Positions 1-14,646 of a DNA stretch of 64,000 nt are shown here, in pieces. This DNA is from Raillietiella orientalis (taxonomy: Eukaryota): contig JAYWIR010000046.1 of NCBI GenBank assembly GCA_036172245.1, positions 620,001 to 684,000 of the forward strand, read 5' to 3'. A model generated the notes under the pieces. That model made no database searches. It worked only from the letters and a program-made list of their open reading frames with translations, and was not told the DNA's origin. The position numbers were made by a program, and so were the translations under genes. Every line of letters starts with the position of its first letter. Position 1 is the first letter of the stretch.

Positions 1-1649
1 TTCCTCTCCTCGCTTGCCGTGCTCAACTGCTGCGACTCAGAACAACATCATGACGAAGACCACCACTGCATTAGCTGCTGTTACACAAGCAGGAAACTTG
101 TTTCTTTGAAAACGAGGAAAGCACTTCTAGCTGACTTGAGAAGGGTGTCAGCCAGGAGTTCTGACGCCCTTTCAAAAGTTACAAGAAGCTGCACCTTTCT
201 TTCATTTCCGTTCTCACGGAGAGAAGATTCGACCCTTCTCTCTCAACAGTCACACAGCCATTCGTCTGCAGCGCCTACTTCTGCACAAGGGTGATTTTCT
301 TGTTTGACATAGTCACAAACGTATCTAGAGCTGAGGATATTTCTTTGAATGTTAACATTCGTTTCCTTTGATTTTTCCTTTGAGCTTGGGAGCTAAATGT
401 CATTTCACGTATCGGTCCGGTTCCCGAAGCTGGTGCTTGTAGTTCCGAGAGTAGCGTAACAGCGAGACCATTCCTTCAGTAAGGGAGATCTCGACCGCTG
501 AGATAGGATCGATGACTGGAGCAAACCACATGCTAGTGCCATATAATCGAGTATAATGGGCGTTGTCGAACCTCTGTTTAGGTAAACAAATAGAGGACGC
601 CTCAGCTACAGAGGTAGGCACTGAAATGATAAGCGCAGATCGATTCCAGCTTTCTGCATCAACACAGATAGACGCAACACCATCCTAGATACTGTTTTAA
701 ACAGCATGGCAACGGCGAATGAAGTCAGCTACTGTGTCTAATGGGAGGTAATGGCACCATTACGAGCTCGGCATATACGACTCTTGGTCTGGAGTTTCTT
801 GAAGTAGGCTTCGTCTTGGCAGTGCATCTCGCTTCGAAGCAGTGAGCACGGCCGCCTTCTGGCTAAGACCTTAGCATAGCAGTGTGTGCATAGGAAAGTT
901 CCCAGAAGGCTACCGAGGAACTTCGTTGCCCATTCCACCAGCAGACTGCACATGTCTTCTCGAGCATAGATGGAAGAAGTTAAAAGAATGGTGAGAACAA
1001 AATCAGTAATTTGTATCTGAGAGATACAAAGAACGGGGTTCGTGTACTGTGGATAAGTAGCTGAGACCGGAAGAAATGATGCTCTATCATGGCCATCGCA
1101 CATTCCCAGGAGGTACGGGATTCTGGAGGAAACGTCAACGATTTTTTCTAACGAAAGTCAGCCTTGAAGCACAAATGCCAAATCGTAAAAGGATGAAGGA
1201 GAAAAGACCACGAGTTCGTTTTTGTAGAATCTTGGGTTCCTTAAAAACATATTAGCAGATCAAGAACATTTCTCTCCTGAAAAGGCATACCTACTGTTGA
1301 GTGTCTTCTGATGTAAACCAAAAAAACGCCGGAGTACACGGAAACGTCCGTGTGTTACTGCAGATTAATCAAGAAAGAATGACAGATATCCTTTCGTCCT
1401 GAATAGTTTGGAGAGGATTTGGAGAAGACAGCCCATATTTACAATTACAGTGTAGTTTATAGTAATCAGACGAATGGAAGGGAAATTAACGACTCAGAAA
1501 AAACGAATTACCTTGGCTGTCGTGTGCAAAAAACCCTCCTTGACGAAGAATTGAAAATGCATTAGATATGATGGATGTGTTCTATCCGGGCAACTCACTG
1601 CCCGCGTCATTTATACGCTTCGCTTCCCTTGACTTCGTGCCGAATTGAT

Positions 1650-2640
1650 ATCTCGGAGGAATTATTTTAAAATCAACAACAAGTAATTCCAGAAATACAT
1701 AATATCCTGGCCCAAAATCAAGTGCGTTCCTGTTACGGTCTCAGACGTTTGATACATTTTCATAAAGTGGACGATAAAAAAACGTCCATTTCCTTGTACA
1801 TGCTTTGATGATAGTCTACAATAAATTTTGTATAGATCATTTCGTATAGATCCCTTCGTCTTCTGATAAGTCCTGTTTCTTGCTGGGAACGAATGCCATC
1901 CATAAAACACATTCCCACTAATGCCGATTGATTCTACTCAAACATTAAAATCATTTACTATGTAATCTGGGAGAATACGATTGCCATAATCCACCCCTTG
2001 CAATCCGAGGTGCTGGGAGCCGTGTAGTATCTGCTATCACATCGATTTACTGCAGTGCTGTTGAGGAAATCTTGCTTTTGGGCGTCCGAAGAGACCAATT
2101 CCTAAAGAATTTTCAATCGAATCATCCCCGTATCAGCACTAGCAAGGGTTAAGATGAAATTTTTACGTCAAAAATCTTCCCATTTTCGAAAATGTCACAC
2201 TCTTCAGAAGGAAGTTCAACCGAGTCTTAAGGGAGAACGATTAGAGATGATTCTATTTATTTTGTTCTTTTCAGTCTGCCTTTACCTCAGTGTCAGGAGT
2301 TTCCAGTCATAACAAGCTCTGTAATCGAGAGATGCTTCTGGAAAAACGATGGGGGCAGGAAGTGCATCTGTTTCGTTCCTCAAAACTGAATGGATGTTTG
2401 GCTGCCAGAATAATTAGCTAATGTTTACCGAGTTAGCTTCAAATTACGCTTGACGGACAGATAAATGCCACCTATACACCGTCCACTTCCTGTGAAAGCT
2501 ACGAAGCCTCCACTTTATACAGCATCCAGATTCCGGGATCGGATGTAGGGTCAATGTGCAAACAGTCTGACAGCTGGAAGCCATGACTGCAAAAGCACCC
2601 GTCGTGCATAGCAAAATTTTGCCCACTCAAATCCTCGCTG
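1650..2640 (-). mobile_element. Decayed DNA transposon fossil, PIF/Harbinger-ISL2EU-like DDE transposase
   Basis: Ordered fragments across frameshifts and stops: AMHDGCF (cf. IxDGTY), FVAFTGSGRCIGGIY (cf. GYI..GPY), QTEKNKINRII (cf. EANxSR), FPRL, RLSSKHVQG (cf. IQSRH). Recognised by eye only. Confidence 0.4.
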
Positions 2641-5600
2641 ACAGAGAACCACGGGTACGGGAACTATGTTCCGTATGCTAGCTCACGGCTGGACCTCAAA
2701 GAAACACCAACATGCTTACAGAGACTTTATTTTCCACGAATTTGAGATAACAGCATCGACTTTCAAAACGAACTATTAGCTTTGACTTTTTATAGATCAC
2801 TATATTACTAGATCAAAAGATTCGAAAAATGATACATGCACTACATACATTATTTTATAATTTATGAATTAAAATGAAGTTGCGGATAGTCAGTTTCAAG
2901 AAAACAACCACAGCTGAATCTGTGCATTTCATTTAGGGATACGCGGTTTGAAAATCAGAAGAAAGTTTAGACAACTGCCGTGCTTTACTTTTACAAATTT
3001 AAATAACCTTATCTTAGTACGGGTTTACTTGATATGCTGGTTACGCAAACTTTGTTAGAAACAACCTTGGCATTATCGGAGGCTATGTACAGTATGCATC
3101 ACATACCGTATTGAGCACGCTGCTTGCAAGTAAGTACATGCTCTCGTGAGGCGATTAAAAGCTACAAAACTACGTGTTTTGGTACGCGAACGTCCACTCG
3201 CTCTCAAGCAGGGTTCAAGTCAAAGATTTCGCTGTTTCGTCAGGGTGTGCAGGTAACTGGGTTTGCGGAGGAGATCTGCAACCAATGCTTGATTGTCTTG
3301 TGCGTGGCGTGTCAACGTGTGCTCTTCAGAAGAAATGGAGAAAACTCCACAGGATTGGAAAATAACGATGGGACATGCAAAATGTGAGATCGGGTGAAAC
3401 CGTAACCGATTGAGTTCCGACGAAGCTAAACGCTTCTTTCAAGATCTATGAGAAATGAAAATTCGAATCAGGTGAATCTGTGTGTAAAAGGAAACAGTCA
3501 TCAACAGCCATTAAATTTTGGAGCAAGAAGAAATGAAAGCATCAAAATTCCTGTTTCTCAGTCTTCCGAGTTTCCCCTTAAACGTTCATTCTTGTCAATA
3601 TCTTTCCATTAAGTCTCCACGGATGCGGTTACTGTGAGAATGAAGGGAACTCATCATACAGAAATCTGAAAGGTTACTAGCTGCATATTCTGAAATACAA
3701 GAAAAAAAAGTTGTAACAGCTGACAAAAACATCACTATCATCACCATCAGCAACAAGCACGACAAAAACGATTTCATAGACCACTGATTTTCGAGGTTGT
3801 TTCTTTAACGTCAACGAACGGAGATGCAAATAAACGCGAACGTTCCTTTCGTTGTGATTTCACGCATTTCTGTGACCCTCCCTCAGAAATAAGAAGTGCA
3901 AAAGAATTTCAAAAGACGGAGTCCTAAGGTTGGAGCAGCAGCAGTGAAAGAGGGATGCACGCTCGAGTCGCGTCAACGAGCAAGCATGAGAACGAAGGCT
4001 GCAAGGATCAAGTCTCTGGCCGGCGTCTCGTTTCTGCACACGGTGCTCACAGCTGGGTTTCAGAATTTGCTTGCCATTTAAATGGGATTGTGCAGATTTC
4101 CCTTGTCACACTGTTCACTGCCGGAAGCATTTTGGTCAACTGATTCAGTCAAGTTTCGGTCGGCTATCACGAAGAAACCGATGAGGCTTTCCTCCTGGTG
4201 AGTCAAAAGGGTACCATCCACGCTACCATCCGATGAACTCGCTCAAAAGAAGCCGAATAAACGAGAATTTTGCAGATATTTGCTTCTTTTTGCCACTGAG
4301 TGAAATCCTCTTCACCTCTTCCGAATTGTGGCTTCGCTGTCCAAACGCCTTGGTTTTCCCGGGTATTTTGCATGAGGCTTTTCCTTGTCAACGTGTGAGA
4401 GAACATACGGGTGAGCGAGTTCTGGTTCAGTTCCGTCTGCACACACGCTACCACGGATGTTGCGAAACGCCTTCTTCGGACACTACGGCATGCGGCGATG
4501 CTGAGAATGCAAAGTCCAACTCGCGAACCGAAGTTCGTGGGTGGGTTCGTCGGAGCGCGCTCGGCTAGCCAGAGAACGGCAAAACAAACTAAACTGCTTT
4601 TCCTCCGAAGACGAAGTGGAAAGTGAAGACAGTGTCAGAGGAAGAAACAAAATGAAAAGACAGGGGTAACACAGGCATCTGACTTTTTCATCATTAGACA
4701 ATTCTCGACTGACAAGTGCACCGGATGAAAAATTCTTCCTCTTCACCGGACGCCTCCGGAACGGTTTCTGCACAAAGTTTTGCCTTTCGCCTTTTCATTG
4801 TCGGTGCCCCGCGGCTGTCACGGCCGGGCTGCAGAAGCGCGCTCACTCTTGTGTCCGTCACCTCGCCCCGCCTTCCCGGGACTCGCTGCGGACAGAGAGT
4901 TTCTTACTGAGATGGACTGACTGCTGGTGATTCCACGTATTTTATCTGAACATGTAAATCTGCTTTTGGAGGAGGAAAACAAAGAAAAGACCGAACCATT
5001 TGCTGTGTAAAGATCACGGGGAGATACATCCCGCTAGTTCAGTGAGAAAACTGTGTTGATTTTCTTAACGGAACGCTTCAAAAGCAATCAGAAGATGAAA
5101 CAAGCAAGAATGAAAAGCTAACACGCTCGGATCTTCCAAGAGAAGAGAGACAGCATGAGTATGTCCGTCAGCAGATAGCAGTTATGTCAGATTTCCACCT
5201 GATCATGGCCGAAATTTCAGACTCCATGAAGCCATCCTGGAATCGGTTTGAAATGAGCACTTTCTTTGAGGCTAAGAGCAAGATGAGGTAGAAAAATTGA
5301 GGAAGGAAAATCCTCTTATATGGATGAGAGTATCGAGAAATCCCCGTTACTCTGGAAGACGGACAGAAACACCATGCCTTGTGCTGCTGCATGGCTCACA
5401 AAGCGAGGGAAAGTTTTCTTCAGATGATGGCAGGTTTCTGGCCCTGGGTGGAACAGGATCCTTATACTATGATTTCTCTCTTTCCTATCCGGAGAAAAGG
5501 GGAGGAAAAAAAAGAATAAAAAACAGGAAATCGCAACCCAACAACGCTGGCAAGAACTCAGGGCCAAACACGCAAATCTTACCTTTAGAAAACAGGCTGG

Positions 5601-8600
5601 AACTTCCTGGAGAATCTTGAATATGCTTCCCGAGGAATAATTCTTCCCTAAAATGCAATTCTTGTTAAAAGAATGAAAATAAAAAGTGCAAGACGACAAA
5701 TGAACATTCTGATAACACTAAAGGTGCCTCCGATAACATTAAAGGTGGTTTCTTCATGTGTAACAGATAATATCTTGGTTAAAAGCCGGATGCTGCATCG
5801 GCATTAAATGATCTATTGATGAAATCAATTAGCCACAAAATAAACTTTCTCGTAGATAGAAATTGCCAGGAATCATCTTCACAACTTTTCTCTCCCTTGA
5901 AAACTTTCATGCACAGATGGTGTCACAGTTGCCAAACATCAGGCGCAAAAATTCTGGTAATCTTCGCTGCAGAGTTTGCAGTTTGCTCGATGCAGGGTAA
6001 AGGTATCGTGAGAACTAGCCAAAAGGCAGGGATGATGCTGTGGATGAAGGAAAGGTTTGTGGTTTCCGACAGCTGTCTGAGGGGCACAAGAATCTCACCC
6101 TAGTGTTTCGAGATCCGAGCAAACGAAGGTGGTGGTCCGCACGTCGGCTTACACTGTTTGCAGTCTCACACACAAAAAGCTCGGCTTGGATGTGTTGAAA
6201 CTCACAGAGGCATGCCACGAATTCGAATCAAGACTCCGCAGTCAGAAGAATTTAACCCCATTTCACAAGCCTATGAATTGTAGCGACCTAAAAAATTGAC
6301 CAAAGAAAAAAAAAAACAAAGAGGAACAAATGCCATGAATGAAATGAGTCGTGTGAGATGAAGATCGAAAATTCACGTTTCGATCTCAGAATAGACAAAA
6401 CATCGCAAGTACTCTTAAATCTTCAGTCTCCTGTGAGATTCAAATCGATGGCCTGATATAGATATTCACAGATTCACAGATCTATATCCGCTACTGTGTT
6501 TCTCGTGCTCTGTAGACACACATTTTCTTGTTCAATGCGGTGGCTTTTATTTCGGTAGGGTCAGAATGCGTGGAAAATGGAAGGAAAATTGTGGACCAAA
6601 TAAACATGAGATTCGAAGGGGCAGGTTTGTTTTAGAGTAACTGACGTGCACTCAAGGAACAGATATGCGTTTTGTGAGACAACTTTATCAACTTTATCCT
6701 CGCCATTAACGCAATGCTCATTCCCTTTTCATCCAGCTCTTCATTTGCATGCTGATTGCTTGATCGCTGACTTCATCAACAGTACAGATCCTGTGTACTT
6801 AGAGAGATTCTGATATAGAATTTTTATCAAAGAAGAGTTATTTACAGAAGGATTACCCTGAAAGTATAGTTGCTACCAATAAATCGAGATAAGCAATTCA
6901 ATCTGATTACGGACGATTGTTTCCGGAAGCGTCCACTTGGAAATGCCATGGAAACTATCTCCAGACGCCAGCTGGATTCACGTCAGATTCCTTCTGCAAA
7001 GTTTGACCACAGTTTCTGTCTTCCTAATTCTCCATCAGTTCTTAAGGCTGCTCGCGATCCGTAACTTCTAAAAGTATTATTCAAAGTTCTTATTCCTATG
7101 TATCAACAGTTGAGTAGCATGAACAACCAGCCGCTCGTCCTATGATCACGAAACGACCGCTTCCGGGTAAATAAAAGACAGCTCCATGCAGATGTGCTGA
7201 AGAGACTCAAGGAGTGTGCAAACTTTAGAATTGGTGAGATGCAGGGGAGCAAGTTTTGCTGAGCACCCATGCCGCCTTCCCCTCCAGAAAGAGGATTAAT
7301 AGAGCAGTAGTGGTAGCTCACTCAGAGCGAATTGGGTCAAGCTGATTGGTGAAATTTGGTTGTAATGTAGGAAGAGTTGATGTTGCTCAGTGAGCCGAGT
7401 ACTGCGCGCGTGGTTCACTTGCTCGAGATCAAGTGGTTTTCGATGCTCTGTTGGAGGCTCTATCTTTAGATCTCGAATTCATACGACAGTTTCAGAATCA
7501 GAGGTAGAGAGAAGACTCGAAAGGACCTGATCACAATTTCCACAATTCAGGAAACTCTTTTGATTTTCTGAACTCTCAGCAATTAAGTGGAACCCTGAAG
7601 GTTAAGGTACGGTGGAGAGATGCAGAGCTTCAGAGGAAACTTTGCAATTCAAAGAAAGATCGATGAGAATTTCTGCAGCATCAGACATGGACTGAGACAC
7701 TCATCCATCCGTACGGCGGTCCGAGTGTTTCACGAAGTGGAGTTTATTACTACGGGGTTCCGGAGCGTACAGGTAACACGCCGAATTGTCCCCATAACTG
7801 CAGAGATACACCAACAACCGTGAGAATCCCAGCGCTCAATGAACGAAGACTCTCCAATATGGTTTCTGGGAGGTCTGATTCAATGGTGGGACAGGTTCAC
7901 ATGAACAGGCTGAGACCCGGGCTGAGACTGACACGGGAGACTGTTTCACAGCTAGTCCAAAGGAGGAGAGCGGCTGACATCAAGAAGGGACTGCTTGAAC
8001 ATTTTGAGGAGCAGATTCCTGTGCAGGCATGCGATATTCATCGAGACGAGTTGAAAGCTTGGATATCTCGATTCTGGGAACCGATACGTTCGATCTTCAT
8101 ATGAAAAAAAACCCATCTAACTCTTTGGGTGGACAACGATCTATGAAGGGTTGTGAAAGAGCCGTGGCTACTGCAACGGATGAAGCAACGTATTTCCCCG
8201 AGTTTCGTGAGAATCACACTCTATCAAAGATCCTGATGAAGTATGATTTCCCCGAGTGCACGCATCTCATGGACGGTTAAATTCATCGACACATCACACT
8301 CTTGTTACGAAAGCCAGCAACAGGAAGAGCTTCACCGTAGTGCTCCCCTTCCACGTGTTCATTTCTGCTGCGGAACAGCACTGAGCTGTTGAACAACAGA
8401 ACCAGTAAATTGTGTGGTTTCTGAAGATATGAGGTGGACAGTGAGCTCTTACACAGCTTGCGTTCATCGATTCTTCATTCCCATGTGGGCAAGGTCACCA
8501 ACAACAACCTTCCTGTCAAGGATGAATAACGCCAAAAAGGGCGTTATTCATAGGACTGAATTCATAAGGACTGAATTCCTGTAGCATTTTCTTAAAAGAC

Positions 8601-11600
8601 CGACTTGTCTTTTGATCGTTAACGGAACCAAGGTGGTGGGAGCTCAACGATTCATGCGACAGGCAAGAAATTGGGAAGCGCAAAGTGAAGGAACGGAAGT
8701 TCCGTACTCACGGTGCAAGAACACGGTAAGAAAGGTAAAATCTTTCGTTAGCAGATGCTGCTTTCTTGCTTCTGCCTGAGAACTATTCTTTCTACCCAGT
8801 CTTTAGCGAAACAAACGACTTGATCTCTGCTCCCGAATCTTCCAAAAGCAAGGTTGAGGTGTGCGGTCAGTGGAATTCGTCGAAAGGAAGCTTTCGGCTG
8901 CAGCTTGTTTAAAGTGCTACGATCTGCAATTGCAGGGATAGCCACTTCAGGTTCTTGCATTTCCTTCTTCTCAGTTGTGCTCAAGTGATTGCAAGAGAAT
9001 CCGACAACGTTTGAGAGCGAAAAAGGTTGTTGGTAACACTGACTTTCTTCCAGAGAAGCGGCTTTCATCGATTTATCTTCCTTTCTTACATCCCTGAGGA
9101 AAATAAAAGGAAAACCGGTTCTGACTTTCGGTCTCAGTCTAGGGTAGAACCGAAGAGTGCAGCTATTCTTCGGTTCTACAGAAGTTCTTGCAGTTAACCA
9201 ACTGCAACTCTATCTTCATTCTTCCAGAGACAAGAAAGTTTCCCGGATGCCTTTTTTTTCCTTTTAGAAAACACTAACCGGAACTTCATAGTTTTTTCCT
9301 CACCCTCTTTACTTGTTCTAGGTCCTCTTCTCATCTTGCGGGAGTCGGATGAAATCCTTTTTCCACTATTCAGCTCTTCCTTCGTTCATCCTCTTCGCTG
9401 CTGCTGACACGTAGTCCACACTGCAGAAGGCTTCCGGTGTCTGACTTGCCTCTTATTTCCCCTGATGGTCTCCTGGGCAGAGTAGCCCACATCTCGATCA
9501 AATGGGAGTTGTGAGAATCCCCTGACCACGGCCAGGCACTCAAGGCGTTTTGCACTTCGAGGAGAGGGGAGATGTCTAGGGAACATCCTTCTTTCCTTCC
9601 TCCCTTGCTCCTTTCTCCTTTTCCTCAATCCGATATGATGCTGTTTGGCTTGCAGGTCCACAGATGATGAACATCTCTGCCAGTTACGCGGTTCGGTCGC
9701 AATGAAGACAGAAGAAAGCAATCGCAGGAGCTCTCTGAGCTCAAGAAAGATCAGTTGCGAGGACGCTGGTTCCAAACAACTTGTGGATGGCACAGATCAT
9801 TGAAACTGAAAGCAACAACGTCAGCAACACTTTCCGTGGATGACTGATGGAGATACTACAAGAGGCCTTCGAGTGAAGAGGAACGGAAACGCAGAGAGTC
9901 CTTTCAATAGCAGAAAGCTGAGGGTGAGTGTTTCGACCTCCTTGGCTCGAACAGCATCAGCACCGCGGACTCTCTCTCCCGGAGATTTCGCTCGAGTCCA
10001 CGTAGGGCCTTTTTTTTTCCTGTTTTCATTTTATTGGCTTCCGGCACTCCAGGAAGTCGAGTGGCGCGCGGTTGGAAAGGCGAATAGTTTCCGCGTCTTT
10101 CGCATGCCTCCAGCCAGCATTCTCGCTGCGGGCGCGCACGCATCCCGAGAACGGGGTCCAAGACGGCACGGGTCACGGCACTCGCAATCCTCTCTTCCGC
10201 CTCCTTCTCTGCGTGACCTTCCAACTCTCTCTGATCTCATCTGTGACGGCCTCTTTCGGAAAGCTGCGCTGCTCTGGAGGGGATGCCTCGAACGATCCGT
10301 CACGGTGGAAAGCGAGCGTCAAAATGCAGTAGGAGTCCGGCCCTACCCCACAGTGTTCCTACTCCATCGTGCTGATCGCCTGCTTGTGATTTATTGTGAT
10401 CCGCAGCCATCGGAGAGCCCTTCTTCCTCCTTTTCCCATCCCCACCCCCCATCCTTAAAAGGAGCATTTCAGGAATTCGCTGGCCACTCGCTTGTTTGCT
10501 GGCATGTTTTTGCAGTCGTTTCCGGGATATCCCTCTCCCAACTTCCTGAACCTCCCAAGCGACTTAGCCTCGAGGCGCCACTGTTTCTCGCTAGCGTTCC
10601 ACATCGATCTCTACTGGTTTTCTTGCAGGGCACGGAGGGAGGAAAGCTAAGCGGAGGACGATGGTCGGTGAGGATTCCTTACCTTGATACCAAGGGAGAC
10701 AGCTCCGAGATGCTGCCAAGGGTGGCTGTGTACCTTTTAGAGGCCTGGGGGTCTTTGTTCGTCTCGTCCAGTAGGGAAAGAATGTTCTTCGTCGACTCTT
10801 GGTCAGCGCTGCGCAGGAGTTGCGGGTAAATCCTGTTCAGGAGGTTGGATTTCATCTCTGAAAGAGAATGGAGAAATCGGCTCATCTAGAGGAAGGGCAG
10901 CTTTTCCTACGCCTCATTCACCATGCCACTCGTCCCCATGGCAACGGGAGTCCGGTCCTGTTGGCTAGAGGATGGGACTCCCGCATGCTTCCCGTTCTCG
11001 CGAGCGTTGCGAAAGAGATTGGGCTGTCGGGTTGGGAATGCGCGGGAATCACCTCGTGAGGGAGAAGGAGAACGCAAGGGTGAAGGGAGTTTCCAGTTTC
11101 ATCCACAGGAAGCATCCTCCCGTGTTTGCTCCATCCGAAGGGGCCTGCCCATCAGATGAAGGTCGTCTAATCCGAGCCGAGGGAACTGATGACCCGAAAG
11201 AGCTCTGGTAGAGGCTGAGAGAATGCACCCTATCGGGACGCTCCCGGTCCCTCACATGCCTTCCGAAGGTATCACGAGCCTAAGGCGGAGGGCGACTTCT
11301 TTCGCGACGTATCATCCAAGTGAGGAGGAGCCAGCTCCGAGACGAGTTTCTCGAGGAGGAGAAGGGGAGCTCGCGGAAGAACGGCTCTTCCTGGGGGCTT
11401 TTCGGTTGTCCCCAGCCACGCAGATCGACACGCTGCGCCTTCTCGCCACCGCCCCGCCGGCAAGCACCACAGCCTCTCCTTGGCTGCCATTGGGCGCTCC
11501 TCTGCCCCTGGTGTCGACCTCGCAAGCTCCAAATCTGGGCCTCCAGACTCTTCCAGAGACGTCTCCCAGAGAGTGGCTGAGAAGACAAACACCGCATCTG

Positions 11601-14600
11601 AGCTCCTCCTGTTTCAAGGCTCAATCTCCGTCTCTGCACGGCTGCTGCTGCTTCTCTTCCCTCAGAGTCCTAGTCAGAAGCCGCATGGCTGCCGTCTCCG
11701 CCCCTGGCACCAAGCATCGCGGGTTCGAATCTCCCCCGGTGAAGGATCGACGTCGAGAACGGGAGGGTGAGTTATGGGTTTTGAGTTTCCCCTGCGAGAT
11801 GGCGCTAGTTGGGCTATGGGCTTCAGTCTCAGCAGTGGTGGAAGTCGGAAACCGGGTGCCGCCGTCGACTGGCCGGGATTGGAAGCTGACTCTCCGGTGG
11901 CCTCCCAGAAATCGAGGAACCCTTCGAAGTTCCTCTCCGGTTGTGTAACAATGGAACCGTTCCATCGCGTACTATGGAGCTGGTTGATGCCTCCCTCTCG
12001 AGGGTTGCCTCTGCAGAGTGTGAAAAAGCTTGCTGTTCCCTTCGGGGAGCGCCCTTCAGAGAAAATGGGAAGTGTCCCTTCGGGGTTGGGTTCCCTTCAG
12101 AGAAGAAATGAGGAGTACCCTCCCTTCAAGGCTCCCTAAGGAAGAAGTTTCCTTCGGGGTTCCCTCCCAAGCGTAAGAGGAACGGACTCCTTCTGCCGGA
12201 GCCCTTCGTGGATTCATAGGGTGGTATCCCTCCGGGGTGCCCTATGACAGAATGAAAAAAAAAAAAAACACGAAAGAGGTGGGCAAAAGACGAGGAGGAA
12301 TCCCCAGCAACATCCGTAGGCCGCTGTGGGAAGAGCTTCTCTATGTAGGCTTGCGCAAGAAGGGGCGCTGCGTTTCGGGGCAGCTGTCCCGGTTCGGCCC
12401 TGCACGTTGTCGCTGCCTGCAGTCCTCTTCGAATCTCTTGAGGCGCGCTTGGGAGGGAAGGCGTCTTGAGCGCCGTTTCTGGACGCGGCAGCTGGCGGCG
12501 TCACTGCCTGTGGTTTCCGGGCCGGCGGCTCCGGGAAGCGGGCGTCGGAGGGATCCCGGCAGTTCGAAAGGCGAGTTGCGCGATCCCAGTGCCAGATGCT
12601 GAGCTTGGATGTCCTTCCGCCGGAGCTGGAAGGAGGAGGTCACCCTTTTGACCATATGATCCGTGCTCGATCATCCTCCCTGGTCACCGCTCCGACTTGC
12701 CCACCGGAGCACCCGCTTCCTCTTTTCCTGCTGCTCCTCGAACTCTCGCGTGAGCGCGTGAGGGGGGTTCCCGGAGGCATGCGCAGTCCTTAAGAGACTT
12801 TGCACGTGATCTCTGACCAGAAACGTGTTCTCACAGGGAGCACACCAGCTACAAAGAAAAAAAAAAAAAAACAAGGGAGGAAGGAGACCCCCTCCCGCAA
12901 GAAGAAAAGGTTTGAAGCCCCCAAGGTAAACATGCTGCGTTTGATCGCTCCTCCTGCTTTGAGTGATGATGCTCCTCGGGCATCCTGACTGCAAAAATAA
13001 GGATGTTGTGGCGGCTGGTTGCAGTGGCAGTAGGGCTGAGACGAGAGAGAACGGTCAGCCACGGAAATGAAGGCGAGATCACAGGACACGCATCCTCTGA
13101 CGCTGAGCAAACATCACCGCTGTCAATGCCCTGGGACAAAGAGAAAACGCACCGCCCTTGGTGGACGGCATTTTGCTCCTTGATCCCGGGCACGGGCCAC
13201 GCTGCAAAATAGGTCCTGCCGCTGCTGGTGTGCATACACGGAGGGAGCCACTTTAAACCGGCTTGCAGGTTCCTCTTTCCTTGCCCTGTGCTGTTTTCCA
13301 TGGTGAGGTCACGCGGGCCTGGTTTTCGAGAAGCTTGTCCCATGCGACGAGCCCCTGAAGCTCCCTGACTCCTGGGGAGCGAGCAACCACCGCCCAGAAA
13401 GGCAAGGTGATCCCGGAACCGGGTGAAGACCTGCTGGGCAGCGGGATGAAGTGCATCAAAGAGTGGCGAGTGGAGGAAGGGGAAAACACGCGCTCCTCCT
13501 GTGCTTCGGTGTTTGCTAGCCATTAGAAAAGAGGGGCTTTTCAGACTGGGCTGCAACTCCACGAGGGAGGTTGAAGCCCCCACGGGGAACTTCCGGCGCG
13601 CTTTCGGGGCGCGGTGGAATGTGGCAGAGAGCAGCTGTCAATCATTTAAATCGCTGAAGGAGCAGAGAAGTGGAAAAAAAAAAAAAAAAAACAGAAGCAG
13701 TCCACTGAAAAGAAGGGGTTACTTCTCGAAAAGGCGCTACTTGCTGTTCCTGACTCCGTGACCTTCGCTCGAAGCAAAGAAACCGAAGATGGTGATTCGC
13801 GCTCGGTCACGGCGAGCTCGGAAGGTGCGAAGTGTTCCGGAAAGGGTAGGCAGCCGCCTGGGGTGAATCCCACTTCACGAATGTGGCGAGGGGACACTCG
13901 TTGTCATGGTAGGGGGCTCGGTCGCGCGTACAGGAACGCGGGCAGCCTCAATGGGCATTCTGACGCTAAGGAATGTCAACCGTGACTTCCCTGTTAGACT
14001 TCCTCCTGGTAAGTCAGGGAAATGCCCCGAGATAGCGCTGAGGGTGTCTGCGCCGAAATTCAGTTGGGGGGCTACCTGAAAGCTTCGATTCCGAAACCCA
14101 GGGCCCTTGCGGCAGTGAAGGGGACAGTCAACGCCAGGTTCAGGCCAGCAGCATTCGTGTGAGCATCCACTGAAGGGATTGCGTCTCCAGGAGCCAAGAG
14201 CTCTGGCCCAGAGGTGCACAAGTCGTTCGTTTCTGGCACCGGGATGCACCTGGATTTCCCTCTTCCAGGAAGCTCGTTATCCGGCGTGGGGTCGAAGGCT
14301 CGAGCCTCTTTTTTCCTCGCATCCTCAGGGCAAGAGAACCCTCTCCGTCTGTGGACCAGATACGCGCTTGATCACCCCCGATGGCGAGCCGGTGCTGATG
14401 TGCCTGCAAGTCGCTCCCGAGGTCTCTCGCCTGAGTGAGTGACCTCGCGCGGAGAGAGCATGGAAACCCAGGACGGGCGGGTTCTGCGCGTGCTATTCTC
14501 CGTCGCCAGGAAACGATGAGGGCGAGCTTACAACCAAGGGGGAGGCGCAGACGGGTCCTGAGCGTACCAGCCTGAGTATCCTGGGAGGTATGCAGTCACG

Positions 14601-14646
14601 TGACGCCTATGGAGGGGTGGTGAGAATGTCCTCGAGGCGGAGAGGA

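Noticed and set aside
19..1103. ORFs at the window start as exons of a neighbouring gene
   Set aside because: No recognisable domain or consistent splice structure.
6455..6488. 9-bp inverted repeat around a tandem ATTCACAG
   Set aside because: Short and AT-rich; within chance or slippage expectation.
7600..9070. Possible non-LTR retroelement remnants (CTHLMDG*IHRH; AHLNLAFG)
   Set aside because: Only isolated short resemblances, with no ordered motif series.
12035..12160. Repeated CCCTTC(GGGG/AGAGAA) motifs resembling a short array
   Set aside because: Degenerate local duplication with irregular spacing; not CRISPR-like, and the context is eukaryotic.
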